A DNA stretch of 50,046 nt from a virus (Duplodnaviria; Caudoviricetes), in the IMG/VR virus record IMGVR_UViG_3300038393_001567, positions 1 through 50,046 of that record. One strand, written 5' to 3'. Below are positions 18,771 through 28,611 of the stretch, piece by piece. The notes below the pieces were generated by a model, which worked only from the letters and a program-made list of their open reading frames with translations, ran no database searches and was not told the DNA's origin. Made by a program: the position numbers and the translations under genes. Every line of letters starts with the position of its first letter. The first letter of the stretch is position 1.

Positions 18771-19736
18771 CTACTCCTTGGGCAGCTCCTTCAAGGCCGC
18801 CTTCATCATCGCCGCCACCTCCTTGGCCACCTTCCCGTCCGGGGCCGGCACGTTGTCGCCGTTCCGCCCCTTGCGCGACTGGATCTTGACGGTGGTGGGG
18901 TCGGGGTCGAAACCCACCTTGACGGCGACGGCGGTGACGGCCTCCTTCGGGGCCTCCTTGAAGGCGGCCCCGACGTACCGGAGAAAGGCACACATTCCCA
19001 TCCCGTTCCACTCCGGGCGGATGACGGCCTTCTTCTCCTTCTTCGGGGCCGGGGCCTTCTTGGTGGCCGTCACCTTCTCCGCCTCCTCCATGGTGGCGTC
19101 GGTGACGCCGCCGTTGAGCCCCTCCTCCTTCATCTTGTTGGCCACCGTCTGCGCCGGCGAGGGTTCGGGCTTGGGGGCCACCCGCTTGACGGGCTTGGGC
19201 GGGTTGACGGCGTTCCCCGGGTACTTGGCCACCTCGGCGGCGCCCTCCGGGGTGGCGACGAAGTACCCCGACACCTTCCCCTTGGCCACCAGCCCGTCCT
19301 TCTCCAGCGCACCGAGCTCCAGCTCCACGACGCGGGCGGGGACGTTACTCTTGGAGGCGACGGCGACGGCGGTGACGCCCTTCCCGGCCTTCACCAGCGC
19401 CCGGAGGGTGGCCTCCCGGTTGGTGAGCACCACCGGCGTCTTGGTGACGGGGGCCTTCTTTGCGTTGACGACGGCCTCCGCGGCGATCATCGTCTTGGCG
19501 GTTGCCGGTTCCACGAAGTCGCCCAGAATACCGCCCCCGACGCCGACGGTGGCGGGCTTCGGCGTCTCCCGGCCGTTGACGACGGAGGGCTTGGCTGCCT
19601 CCAAGATGGCCTTGACGTCGGCCTCCGTCACCGTCATGCCCTTCTTCCCCATCCGCTCCACCGTCTGCTTGGCCGAGCGCTTCTGGGCCTTGAAGGTGAG
19701 AACGGCGTCCACGATTTCCTTGGCGTATTGTGCCAT
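18771..19736 (-). CDS. Lys/Ala-rich putative DNA-binding protein with a central winged-HTH-like segment
   Basis: ACACAAGGAG RBS; LTNREATLRAL..AVASKSNV..LGALEKDGLV..YFVATPEG. Confidence 0.6.
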   Translation of the reverse strand: MAQYAKEIVDAVLTFKAQKRSAKQTVERMGKKGMTVTEADVKAILEAAKPSVVNGRETPKPATVGVGGGILGDFVEPATAKTMIAAEAVVNAKKAPVTKTPVVLTNREATLRALVKAGKGVTAVAVASKSNVPARVVELELGALEKDGLVAKGKVSGYFVATPEGAAEVAKYPGNAVNPPKPVKRVAPKPEPSPAQTVANKMKEEGLNGGVTDATMEEAEKVTATKKAPAPKKEKKAVIRPEWNGMGMCAFLRYVGAAFKEAPKEAVTAVAVKVGFDPDPTTVKIQSRKGRNGDNVPAPDGKVAKEVAAMMKAALKELPKE

Positions 19737-19827
19737 GATGCGACACTCCTTGTGTGTTTGCTCCGATTCACCGTGAATCGGGAGGAGGTACTCCCCCGGG
19801 GAGGAGTACCCCACCCGTGCCACGATC

Positions 19828-20100
19828 CTAGTTGCTGCCGACGACGTCTTCCACGGCCCCGTCGACGGCGTAAATCTGGCCCGTCTTGACTTCCTGATAG
19901 AAGCGACACTCGGCCACTCGGCCACCGGCGAAGGAAACCCGGCGGTCAATCCGGGCCTTTTCGGTGAGGTGCTCGGGGAGGCCCACGGTATTCTTGGCGA
20001 GCCACGTCACGTCGGCGAAGTCCACCTTGTTGGTGACGTGCAACCCGGTGCCGTCTTGGTACACCCCGTACATCCCGACCTCCACGTTTACCTTCTGCAT
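19828..20100 (-). CDS. Hypothetical early protein
   Basis: Preceded by a sigma70 promoter and AAGGAGACAGTC RBS. Confidence 0.7.
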   Translation of the reverse strand: MQKVNVEVGMYGVYQDGTGLHVTNKVDFADVTWLAKNTVGLPEHLTEKARIDRRVSFAGGRVAECRFYQEVKTGQIYAVDGAVEDVVGSN

Positions 20101-20123
20101 GACTGTCTCCTTGTTATGGTTAT

Positions 20124-20152
20124 AGTTTAGGTATAACCGGGGAGAGGGTCAA
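20124..20152 (-). promoter_or_regulatory. Sigma70-type promoter TTGACC-17-TAAACT
   Basis: Consensus spacing; member of the repeated promoter-RBS cassette. Confidence 0.7.
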
Positions 20153-20168
20153 GCAGAATCCAGCAAAA

Positions 20169-20603
20169 TTATTCCGAAACCTCCAGATAGGTGAGGAAGT
20201 CGGCGGCCAACTCGGCCCCGTTGCGGAAGACGAACCACGTGCCGTACTCCGTGGATTCCTCCTCGTACTCCAGCCACTTGAGGTGGTTGACGACGTCTCC
20301 GGCCTGTGCCTTGAGGTGGTTGCGCCAGAGGGCGGTAATCACCGTCACGCCCCCGGCCTCGTCACACCCGGAGTCCTGCGTACACCACCGCACGAACTCG
20401 TGGAAGAAATGCTCCATGGTGGGGTACGTCTTGCCGGCGTTGACGGTGGCCTTGTACTTCCGGTATTGGCCGTTGCTGAGGATCGATTCGGGGAGGTGGG
20501 TTTCCACGACACCCAACGTCATCGGGTGAGTCTTGGCCATCATCTCCGGGGAGTCGGCCGGGGGTGTCGTTGTCTTCTTCGTCTTCTTCGATTTCTTTGC
20601 CAT
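20169..20603 (-). CDS. Hypothetical protein (MAKKSKK...)
   Basis: GAGGAGACTGTC RBS before the ATG at 20603. Confidence 0.65.
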   Translation of the reverse strand: MAKKSKKTKKTTTPPADSPEMMAKTHPMTLGVVETHLPESILSNGQYRKYKATVNAGKTYPTMEHFFHEFVRWCTQDSGCDEAGGVTVITALWRNHLKAQAGDVVNHLKWLEYEEESTEYGTWFVFRNGAELAADFLTYLEVSE

Positions 20604-20668
20604 GACAGTCTCCTCGGTAAGTGAAACGGGGTGAAGTCTCCCCCGCGGGGGAAACCACACCGTGTCAC

Positions 20669-20869
20669 TCACGGGAGGGGCTTGACGTCGTCCAAGTCGC
20701 TCTCGTGCGTCATCCCCAACTCCTTGGCCCGTCTCACGGCGTCCTCCCGGGAAGTACACCGGATGGCCTCCGGGCCGTAGTTGTCGTCAGTCTCCAACAA
20801 CCACGTGCGGTTAATCTCGGAGTACCAAATGCAACAGAGTTTCTTGACGTCGACTTCCACGTAAGCCAT
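20669..20869 (-). CDS. Hypothetical early protein
   Basis: Promoter plus ACACAAGGAG RBS. Confidence 0.65.
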   Translation of the reverse strand: MAYVEVDVKKLCCIWYSEINRTWLLETDDNYGPEAIRCTSREDAVRRAKELGMTHESDLDDVKPLP

Positions 20870-20894
20870 GACGAGTCTCCTTGTGTATCCCTAT

Positions 20895-20922
20895 ACCTTA
20901 ACCCTTCCATCGGGTGGGTCAA
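20895..20922 (-). promoter_or_regulatory. Sigma70-type promoter TTGACC-16-TAAGGT
   Basis: Cassette member followed by ATAGGGATACACAAGGAG. Confidence 0.65.
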
Positions 20923-21370
20923 GGTTATAAGTCCGACCGGGGTTTATACACCCCACCCCACCCCCCGGTGTACATCTTCCCAACTCGATAACCGACTCTC
21001 CCCCGGCATTCGTCACCCTCCAACCGGGTAGACGGGGAGACGTGGGGCCCACCCGACGACACGAGGGGTGGAGAGGGTAAGACGCCACACCCGGGGACCC
21101 GGTGTGGTGCTGGGACGTCTCCCGGTGACGGCGATCACCCGCGGCACGACTCCCCCAAGCTATCCCGTGGTATCGGCTCTTGGCACACCTCCCAAGGAAA
21201 TGGTGGAAACCACGGCCACGTCAACCGGCATACCTCACCCATGCCGGGAGTGAGTGCCACGGCATCTGACTTCGCTGGGGTCCACTCCCGACTCCCTACC
21301 CATGCGATAGCAAGGGATGGGAGGAGGGGAGTGTGGGTATACCTTAGTGGCACTTACCAAAGGAGATGCC

Positions 21371-21931
21371 ATGGCGCAAGTGAAGTACCCGCCACTTAAA
21401 TACTCCGACTCCACCTCCTTCAAGGAGCGTGAGGCGTACGCCGTGCGATTCACCAAACGGTACCCCAAAGACGAGCAAGGACTCCCGAAACTTTACATCC
21501 CCTTCTACGAATTCGGCCGGCGCCAAAAGCTATCCATCATGGTGGCGTGGCAGAAGTGTTTCGGTGACGGCCGGTACGTACTCCTCACCCGCACCAACGT
21601 AATGAAGTGGTTACGTTTCCGGTGCGTCTTACCGGACCACTCGCACGCCCGCGGCGTCATCGACCCCTTGGTGGACTTCTTCGAAGAATTCATCGGGCAG
21701 ACTTCGTACGCCGTGAAACCGGGCCAGCGCTCCATGGCTCGCGCCGCCTTCCGCGTATTCCAACGGGACACCAACGATTGGGCGGAAGCACGCACGGAAG
21801 ACTGGCGAGTCAACGCTCCGCCCGTGAAGACGTGCGACGCCTTCTTCCGAATCCTCCACCTCGCTCACCACGAAAAGGTGCTTTCAAACTCCTACCACAT
21901 CCGCCACAAACCACGGGAGCTCAACCGATGA
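21371..21931 (+). CDS. Hypothetical protein
   Basis: AAGGAG RBS; GTATACCT motif at about 21336. Confidence 0.65.
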   Translation: MAQVKYPPLKYSDSTSFKEREAYAVRFTKRYPKDEQGLPKLYIPFYEFGRRQKLSIMVAWQKCFGDGRYVLLTRTNVMKWLRFRCVLPDHSHARGVIDPLVDFFEEFIGQTSYAVKPGQRSMARAAFRVFQRDTNDWAEARTEDWRVNAPPVKTCDAFFRILHLAHHEKVLSNSYHIRHKPRELNR

Positions 21932-22467
21932 TTAAGCACGCTTGGATATCCCCCTGCGGGTACTACCGCTGGGAACTCGTACGCACGTGGGCCTCGGGCA
22001 AACCGACGTTACTGTACGTCATGCTCAACCCCAGCACTGCCGACGACACCAAGGACGACGCCACGTTGCGCCGGTGCCTCTCCTTCGCCGACCGCCACGG
22101 GTACGGCTCGATCCGCGTCGTCAACCTCTTCGCCTTCCGGGCCACCTCCCCCGCCGTCATGCGGCGGGCGGAAGACCCCGTCGGCGAAAAGTGCGACGAG
22201 GTGATTAGACGCAACGTGAGAAGGACCGACGACGTCTGCCTCGCGTGGGGAGCCCTCGCCGGGCGGGTGGCCAAGCGACGGGCCGAGGCCGTACTCAAGA
22301 TGCTCCGCCGGACCTTGGCTGAGTTGAAGGAGTACACCGACAACGCCGACGGGGCCGTGCCCCGGGAAATCCCCCGCCTCCTCTGTCTGGGCACCACGCT
22401 CAGCGGCCAACCCGTCCACCCCGTCCGACAACCCGGGTCCGCCCGGTTAATCCCATTCCGTGGTTGA
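21928..22467 (+). CDS. DUF1643 family protein
   Basis: S.CG.YRW.L.R.W, MLNPSTAD...DD.T.RRC, VNLFAFRATSP, AWG, G.P.HP. Confidence 0.85.
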   Translation: MIKHAWISPCGYYRWELVRTWASGKPTLLYVMLNPSTADDTKDDATLRRCLSFADRHGYGSIRVVNLFAFRATSPAVMRRAEDPVGEKCDEVIRRNVRRTDDVCLAWGALAGRVAKRRAEAVLKMLRRTLAELKEYTDNADGAVPREIPRLLCLGTTLSGQPVHPVRQPGSARLIPFRG

Positions 22468-22492
22468 CTTCCCCGGAAACTATGGTTAAGGA
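22464..22492 (+). promoter_or_regulatory. Possible sigma70 promoter TTGACT-17-TAAGGA
   Basis: Shares ACTATGGTTAAGG with the promoter at 30920. Confidence 0.5.
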
Positions 22493-22516
22493 TTAACCAT
22501 CGGAGGACTGTGTACC

Positions 22517-22825
22517 ATGGTAGCGACGCTGAAACGACAACCCGGGCCGCCACAACGGGAAGAGACCCACGGGGAACTCATCCGCCGACTCGTCGCCGAG
22601 TTGGTGGACACGTCGTACCTCTGTCGCGTCTTCAACCGCTCCGACCTCACCGTGCAGCTCTGGCGTCAGAACAAGGGGCTCCCCCACGTCGTCATCAAGG
22701 GCGACAAGCGGGACGCCATCCGGTACTACCTCCCCGAAGTGACGGAGTGGGCCGCCCGCAACAACGTGCGGATTTTCCCCGTTGAGCCCAAGGGGGCGGG
22801 TGCGATAAACAAGGCCGCCGACTAG
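22517..22825 (+). CDS. Putative MerR/excisionase-like HTH protein
   Basis: LCRVFNRSDLTVQLWR..GLP...IRYYLPEVTEW. Confidence 0.55.
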   Translation: MVATLKRQPGPPQREETHGELIRRLVAELVDTSYLCRVFNRSDLTVQLWRQNKGLPHVVIKGDKRDAIRYYLPEVTEWAARNNVRIFPVEPKGAGAINKAAD

Positions 22826-22952
22826 GAGACTCGGCCCCACGACCCCGGTGGGGCTTTACTCGACGCCCGTTCCTGAGTCGCGTTCGTGAATCCGCCGAGT
22901 AGCGGAAGTACGGTGATTCGGTGCGGGAAGGGGATTACCGGAGAGCAGTCAC

Positions 22953-23516
22953 ATGGCCGACTTGCTGGATAAACTCGCGGAACTCACCCCGGCCCAGCAG
23001 AAGGAAGCGCAGGCCCGCCTCGCCTTCCTCTTGGGCACGTCCGCCTCGGCGACCCCCGACGCCGAGGCGGGGGGAGGGGCCCCGTCGGGGACGGAACGCC
23101 TCGCCCTCGACTGCCTCCGGGAAGTCATGGTCGGGTACGGCTTCCCCTTCCCCAAGAGCGACGCCCTCGTGCGCCGCCACCCCCGGTACGCCGCCTTCCT
23201 CACCGGGGCCGAGTTCCTCGCCGACTTCGTGGAGGAGGCCGTGCGGCCGGAGAACCGGGTGGAGCGGGTGGCGGCGTGGCGGTACCTCTTCGGACTGGTG
23301 GCCCGGCACCGCATCCGCCTCCGCCGCGACAACGACAAGGCCCGGGAACTCTCCTTGGAGAGCTTCGCCCTCGACCTCCCCCGCGTCGGGCAGGTGGTGG
23401 AGCGCAACCTCCCCGGGTACGTCACCGCGGGGCTCCTCGGCGCCGTCATCGGCAAACGCAGAACCCCGCGGGAGCGCATCCGGGTGAGACGGGTCACACG
23501 GGCGGCGAGCGCCTGA
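22953..23516 (+). CDS. Hypothetical protein upstream of the replicative helicase
   Basis: 187-aa ORF with typical codon usage; GGAG RBS. Confidence 0.6.
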   Translation: MADLLDKLAELTPAQQKEAQARLAFLLGTSASATPDAEAGGGAPSGTERLALDCLREVMVGYGFPFPKSDALVRRHPRYAAFLTGAEFLADFVEEAVRPENRVERVAAWRYLFGLVARHRIRLRRDNDKARELSLESFALDLPRVGQVVERNLPGYVTAGLLGAVIGKRRTPRERIRVRRVTRAASA

Positions 23517-23672
23517 CGCGAGCGGGGGTGGAGGGATGACGGCCACCCCCGCCGTGACGCCGCGCGGCACTCGCCGACACTCACCGCCTCGCCGGGCGAC
23601 TCCGCAAGCCCCAGCCCGGCGAGGCTCCTAGACTTCAAACTCCCCCGGCCGGCGTAGGCCGGGGTGCCATTC

Positions 23673-23710
23673 AGACCCCACCGGCGCCCACACGGGCCGG
23701 TGGGGTTTTG
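23673..23710 (+). terminator. Intrinsic terminator-like hairpin
   Basis: AGACCCCACCGGC...GCCGGTGGGGTTTT. Confidence 0.65.
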
Positions 23711-23729
23711 GTTTGTATACCTTCCCATG
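23711..23729 (+). promoter_or_regulatory. GTTTGTATACCTTCCCATG motif, copy 2 (helicase start)
   Basis: Identical 19-mer ending in the ATG; no Shine-Dalgarno. Confidence 0.7.
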
Positions 23730-25190
23730 AAGTTAAACGCCGGGATACAGGAAGCCCTGCTCGCCATCCTCTGCTTCGACGACACCCCGGGCGGGGCCCG
23801 CACGGCCCTCGCCTTGGTGCCGCCGCGGAGTTACGACACCTACTTCCGTGACGTCGCCGAGAAGGCCGCGGAGTACTTGGAGAAGTACAAGCACGCACCG
23901 GGCGAGCACACCCTCGACATCGTCGACCAGCTCAAGGCCCAGAAGGAAGACTCGGCCGAAATCTTCCAGCGCATCTACCGCTCCCTGCTGGCCACCAAGG
24001 ACACGATCAACCGCGACTACGTCTTGGCCCGCGCCGGCGTCTTCCACCGCCAGCAGAAGCTCAAGGCCCTCTTCACGCAGGGTATCGGGCTCCTCCAACA
24101 GGGGAAGGAGTCGAGCGTCGACGAGGCCGAGGCCCTCCTCTACCAGACGCAACGCAACACGCACGACGCCTTCGAGCCCGGCCTCCTCCTCAACGACGCC
24201 AAGCAGGCCACCAGTTTCCTCCGGATGGAGGACGAGTACTTCGACACCGACGTCGCCCTGCTCGACAAGTACAACCTCGGCCCGGTGCGGGGCGGGCTAC
24301 ACCTCTTCGTCGCCGGCCCCAACAAGGGCAAGAGTTGGTGGCTCAAGCAACTTGGGCGGGCGGCCATGCTCCGGCGCAAGCGGGTGCTCCACGTCACGCT
24401 GGAGATGAAGAAGGAGCAGGTGGCCATGCGTTACATGCAGATGCTATTCTCGCTCACCAAACGGCAGGCCGCCGTGGTGTACCAGCGCATAATCAAGGAA
24501 AAGGGCTCCTTCGTCGGGGTGGAGCCGGTGGAGATCAAGTCGCGGCCCTCCATGGACCTCGACTCCATCACCCACCACATCCTCAAGCAGCACAAGAAGG
24601 TGATGAGCCACCGCCCGCCCTTCTGGATCAAGGAGTTCCCGTCGGGCTCCCTCACCGTGGCCGGGCTCCGGGCCTACCTCGACTCCATGGAGGGCCGTCA
24701 CCACTTCATGCCCGACCTCATCCTCATCGACTACCCCGACCTCATGCGCATCGACCCGAAGAACAAGCGGGCGGAAACCGGCACCACGTACGTGGAGTTG
24801 CGCGGCGTCGGCGGGGAGCGCAACGCCGCATTGGCCGCCGTCACGCAGGCCAACCGCGACGCCGAGAACGCCCGTAAGGCCATCATTCAGGGCAAGCACC
24901 TCTCCGAGGATTACTCCAAGTTCGCCACCGCCGACACCATCGTCACGTACAACCAGACGGACGAGGAGTACCAATTGGGCCTCGCCCGCCTGTTCAACTT
25001 GAAGGCCCGGGCCGACGTGAAAAACCACGCCATGCTCATCTCCCAAGCCTACGCCATGGGCCAATTTTGCATGCACTCGGCCCGGATGAAGAACTCCGAC
25101 CCCAAGTATTGGCAACTCGTCGGGGAGCCGGGGGACGGTGGGAATGGTACAGATGAAGAGGACGTGGACTACGCCGACTCGGAGGATTAA
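23727..25190 (+). CDS. Replicative SF4 (DnaB-like) DNA helicase
   Basis: Walker A AGPNKGKS, VTLEM, LIDYPDLM, TQANR, LKAR. Confidence 0.88.
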   Translation: MKLNAGIQEALLAILCFDDTPGGARTALALVPPRSYDTYFRDVAEKAAEYLEKYKHAPGEHTLDIVDQLKAQKEDSAEIFQRIYRSLLATKDTINRDYVLARAGVFHRQQKLKALFTQGIGLLQQGKESSVDEAEALLYQTQRNTHDAFEPGLLLNDAKQATSFLRMEDEYFDTDVALLDKYNLGPVRGGLHLFVAGPNKGKSWWLKQLGRAAMLRRKRVLHVTLEMKKEQVAMRYMQMLFSLTKRQAAVVYQRIIKEKGSFVGVEPVEIKSRPSMDLDSITHHILKQHKKVMSHRPPFWIKEFPSGSLTVAGLRAYLDSMEGRHHFMPDLILIDYPDLMRIDPKNKRAETGTTYVELRGVGGERNAALAAVTQANRDAENARKAIIQGKHLSEDYSKFATADTIVTYNQTDEEYQLGLARLFNLKARADVKNHAMLISQAYAMGQFCMHSARMKNSDPKYWQLVGEPGDGGNGTDEEDVDYADSED

Positions 25191-25835
25191 GTGGCAAAGA
25201 AATATAAGCACGAGGTGAAGCTCGCGTACTACCTCACTCCCGGTGACGAGAGCTCCGTCATCGCGGAGACGGTAAGCCGCAAGGTGTTGGTGACGCCGCT
25301 CCGTTTCGTCATCCGCCCGGAGTGGGTGGAGGAGCCGGAGTGCTGGTCGTCTCGCAAGGTGCACTTCAAGAAGGAGTACCGGTTCGACCGCGATACCGGG
25401 GTGCCCGTTGACACCGACGCCGGCAAGTGGAGGCTCGCCAAGGGCGAGCTCCAGAAACTCAACCTGCGTTTCGGGGAGTCGGATTCCGCGGCGGTGGCCG
25501 AAGGCTCCTACCACGAGCCCCAACCGAAGTATCAAGGGGACCCCGCCTTCAAGAAACCCCCGGTCCCGGGGCGGGTGAAGGTCCGGGTGAGGGAGGAGAC
25601 GCCCCAACGGGTGAAGATTGAGGACCGCCCGGAGCCCCTCACCCTCCAACCCGGGGAGATGGTGGTGGTGGAGTTCAACGAGAACGTCTCCCTCGTCCAG
25701 CCGCTCAAGGGCGGGCGGGTGCGCGTGTCGTACAACCCCGCCTCCAAGATCCCCGTGGCCAAGTACTACGCCCACCTCCGCCCCGACGGCGTGCTCGAAA
25801 TCATCCCCGGGTGTGTTCTGCGGCCGAAGGAGTGA
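25191..25835 (+). CDS. Hypothetical protein
   Basis: GGAGG RBS; 214-aa ORF abutting the helicase stop. Confidence 0.6.
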   Translation: MAKKYKHEVKLAYYLTPGDESSVIAETVSRKVLVTPLRFVIRPEWVEEPECWSSRKVHFKKEYRFDRDTGVPVDTDAGKWRLAKGELQKLNLRFGESDSAAVAEGSYHEPQPKYQGDPAFKKPPVPGRVKVRVREETPQRVKIEDRPEPLTLQPGEMVVVEFNENVSLVQPLKGGRVRVSYNPASKIPVAKYYAHLRPDGVLEIIPGCVLRPKE

Positions 25836-25842
25836 CGCGACG

Positions 25843-26178
25843 ATGGGCCGACACGTCTACCAGCACGACCCGAACGCCGGCACCGCCTCCCCCGGGCGGG
25901 TGCTGCGCCTCGACGACGCCGTGCGGGAGTACGAGGGACTCGTCCTCCTCTGCGCCTTGGAGGCGTGTAACTGGAACAAGTGCGCGGCCGGGAGGCAGCT
26001 CGGCATCACCCGCCAGCGCGTACTCCTCCTCTGCAAGAAACACAACCTTCACGCCCCCACCAAGGCCGAGCTCATCCGCCCCACCTTGGAGGCCAACGGG
26101 GGCAACATCCGGAAGACGGCCCGGCAGTTGCGGGTGTCCCCTTCCACCGTCTGGAAAGTAGCCCATGGGCGAGATTAG
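25843..26178 (+). CDS. Tandem Fis-type HTH protein
   Basis: ALEACNWNKCAAGRQLGITR and TLEANGGNIRKTARQLRVSPSTVW; AAGGAG RBS. Confidence 0.7.
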   Translation: MGRHVYQHDPNAGTASPGRVLRLDDAVREYEGLVLLCALEACNWNKCAAGRQLGITRQRVLLLCKKHNLHAPTKAELIRPTLEANGGNIRKTARQLRVSPSTVWKVAHGRD

Positions 26179-27748
26179 CCGACAAGTCGTCCGGGAGTAC
26201 TTGGCCGAGCCCAAGCGGGACTCGAGCCTCGTCAAGCAGTTCTCCCGCAAGGCCCTGATGAGGAAGGCCAAGGCCCTCGACGTCGAGCCCGTCTTCCACA
26301 CCGAGCCCCGCACCCACCAGCTAGCGTGCTTCCTCCTCCAAGTGAAGTACCGGCACTACATCCACCTGCTCGACATGGGGCTGGGCAAGACGTGGGTGGC
26401 CCTCAACTCGGCCCGGTACTTCATGCACACCGGGCGGGTGCGCCGGGTGATGGTAATGGTGCCCAACACGGCCAACATCAACGATTGGGTCGAGCAGGTA
26501 CAGAAGCACACCCCGTCGCTCCGCGTCGCCTCCCTCGACGGGGGCCGGGACGGTCGCACGGAGGTGCGGGACTCCGACGCTCAAATCGTCGTCGGCACGT
26601 ACGCCGGGTGGTGGACGGAGATGTGCGTGAAGGCGAAGGGGCGGAAGGGGAAGAACCGGCTCAAGATCCACCCGCCGACGATCCGCAGGTGGGCCAAGGC
26701 CGGCTTCGACATGATGGTGCTCGACGAGATGAACATGGTGGCCAACAAGGACTCCCTCCCCCACCGCGTCTGCTGGCAACTCCGCAAGCACATGGCCGCG
26801 AGTATCGGGCTCACCGGCACCCCCTTCGCCAAGAAGGACGACGGGCCGCTGGCCGTGTGGGGCCAGTTCCGCATCATCGACGGCGGGCTCACGTTCGGGG
26901 AGTTCGGGCTCTTCCGCGGGGCCTTCTTCTCGGCCACCAAGAAGTTCTTCGGCGGGTACGACTACAAGTTCCGGAAGGGGTTGCGCCGGGTGTTCAACGC
27001 CTTCCTCCGCAACCGCTCCGTCCGGTACCGGCAGCGGGAGTGCGGGGACCTGCCCCCGCTGGTGGAGACGCCCGTGCACGTGGTGTGGCCGGTGGAGACG
27101 TGGAAGTACTACGAGCGCCTGCTCGCCGACCTGTACGCCGCCAAGGGCAACTTCCGGGCCCTCAAGAACACGTGGCTACAGATGCGACAGACGGCCAGCG
27201 GGTTCCTCACCGTCAAGGACCCGGAGGACGAGAAGCACGTCATCCGGTTCAAGCAGAACGCCAAGAAGGAGGCCCTGCTCCAACTCCTCTCCCTCGTGCC
27301 CGAGCACGAGAAGGTGCTGATCTTTCACGATTTTAAGACTACCGGGGAAATCATCGCCGACGTCGTGAAGGAGGCCAAGCTCAAGCACCTCCGCATCGTG
27401 GGCGGGCAGAGCAGGAAAAACGGCGTTAACCGGGACCGCTTCGTCAAGGAGCCGGGCATCCGGTGCCTCATCTCCTCCACCGCCGGGGCGTACGGGCTCA
27501 ACCTCCAAGTGGCCCGCTACGTCGTCTTCTACGAGCTCCCCAACAACCCGCTCCTCTGGCAGCAGATGTTGAAGCGGGCGCACCGGATGGGCCAAGAGGG
27601 CACGGTGTTCACGTGGTACCTCTTGGTGAAGAATTCGGTGGAGGAGCGGATTTACAAGGCGGGGCTGGAGGGCGTGGATTTGCTCCAAGCCCTCGTCGAC
27701 GGAAAGGCTAAAGTCGCAGACGTATTCGAGCCGATAGGAGACGTATGA
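26165..27748 (+). CDS. SNF2-family helicase
   Basis: DMGLGKT, VLDEMN, GLTGTP, GAYGLNLQ, QMLKRAHRMGQ. Confidence 0.9.
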   Translation: MGEISRQVVREYLAEPKRDSSLVKQFSRKALMRKAKALDVEPVFHTEPRTHQLACFLLQVKYRHYIHLLDMGLGKTWVALNSARYFMHTGRVRRVMVMVPNTANINDWVEQVQKHTPSLRVASLDGGRDGRTEVRDSDAQIVVGTYAGWWTEMCVKAKGRKGKNRLKIHPPTIRRWAKAGFDMMVLDEMNMVANKDSLPHRVCWQLRKHMAASIGLTGTPFAKKDDGPLAVWGQFRIIDGGLTFGEFGLFRGAFFSATKKFFGGYDYKFRKGLRRVFNAFLRNRSVRYRQRECGDLPPLVETPVHVVWPVETWKYYERLLADLYAAKGNFRALKNTWLQMRQTASGFLTVKDPEDEKHVIRFKQNAKKEALLQLLSLVPEHEKVLIFHDFKTTGEIIADVVKEAKLKHLRIVGGQSRKNGVNRDRFVKEPGIRCLISSTAGAYGLNLQVARYVVFYELPNNPLLWQQMLKRAHRMGQEGTVFTWYLLVKNSVEERIYKAGLEGVDLLQALVDGKAKVADVFEPIGDV

Positions 27749-27945
27749 GCAACATCACCCCCACCGCGGAGAAGACGCAACAACCGAGACGCCGGGAGTA
27801 CCTCGGCCAGTACGACACCCTCGCCAAGCGGGCGTACCACCGGTACACCATCGACCCCAATGACGGCCCCGTACTCCAGTACGAGCAGTGGTACCGCACA
27901 GTCTGGATGCCCACGCAGGGTGGCACGGCCGACGTCCCCGAGTAG
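27745..27945 (+). CDS. Hypothetical protein
   Basis: AGGAG RBS; ATGA overlap. Confidence 0.55.
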   Translation: MSNITPTAEKTQQPRRREYLGQYDTLAKRAYHRYTIDPNDGPVLQYEQWYRTVWMPTQGGTADVPE

Positions 27946-28006
27946 TTGCTAAACCCCCGAAATCCCGTCACTTAGCAAAATCCGGAATAAAATCCGGATT
28001 CTTTGC

Positions 28007-28035
28007 TTGACACCACCCCACACGATACCTAAAGT
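28007..28035 (+). promoter_or_regulatory. Sigma70-type promoter TTGACA-17-TAAAGT
   Basis: Near consensus; 33 nt (28024-28056) identical to 41502-41534. Confidence 0.8.
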
Positions 28036-28058
28036 ATAGGGATAACAAGGAGACAGAT

Positions 28059-28526
28059 ATGAGCAAGTCTATTAAGCATTCGGTGACGGTTGACGGCAAG
28101 GAATTCACCCGCAAATCCCCCCGCACCTACACGCACGCCGTAATCGCTCGCACCAGCAAGGAGAATTTGGTAAAGGCTTCCACCAACGAGAAGGCCAAGG
28201 CCAACTTCCTCCGGGAGTGGGATTACCTCACGGGCGGCTGGCGTCGGTGGCAAGACCAGAATTCCCCCGAAACCAACGCCCACCACGCCGCCAAGGAGGA
28301 GGAGTGCAAGGCTCTCGGCAAGGATGGGGCTTGGGCCAAGGAAGTCGCCCGTATCATCGCCTCCGCCGACGCCAAGGAGTACCGCAGGGCGGTGATGGGG
28401 TGGAGCCAGTCCCCGGAAAACGCCATGAAGATGGCCAACAAGTACCGGGGCTTCACGCACTGGACGGACAAGAGCCTCCCCGTGTACGTGGAAGTGGAAG
28501 TCATCCCCGTCAACCGGGCCGAGTAG
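28059..28526 (+). CDS. Hypothetical early protein
   Basis: Promoter-RBS cassette upstream. Confidence 0.7.
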   Translation: MSKSIKHSVTVDGKEFTRKSPRTYTHAVIARTSKENLVKASTNEKAKANFLREWDYLTGGWRRWQDQNSPETNAHHAAKEEECKALGKDGAWAKEVARIIASADAKEYRRAVMGWSQSPENAMKMANKYRGFTHWTDKSLPVYVEVEVIPVNRAE

Positions 28527-28559
28527 AAGAAAAGTGGCAAAATTATAACCACCCGGGGG

Positions 28560-28587
28560 TTGACCCTCCGGGTGTTTTTGCTAAAGT
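28560..28587 (+). promoter_or_regulatory. Sigma70-type promoter TTGACC-16-TAAAGT
   Basis: Followed by ATAGGGATACTCAAGGAGACAGTCATG; overlaps a terminator-like hairpin. Confidence 0.65.
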
Positions 28588-28611
28588 ATAGGGATACTCA
28601 AGGAGACAGTC

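Noticed and set aside
18271-19776. 501-aa plus-strand ORF
   Set aside because: Antisense to minus-strand genes that have clear RBS and promoter support
22826-22952. Possible tRNA in the intergenic gap
   Set aside because: Only a terminator-like hairpin; no cloverleaf or T-loop consensus
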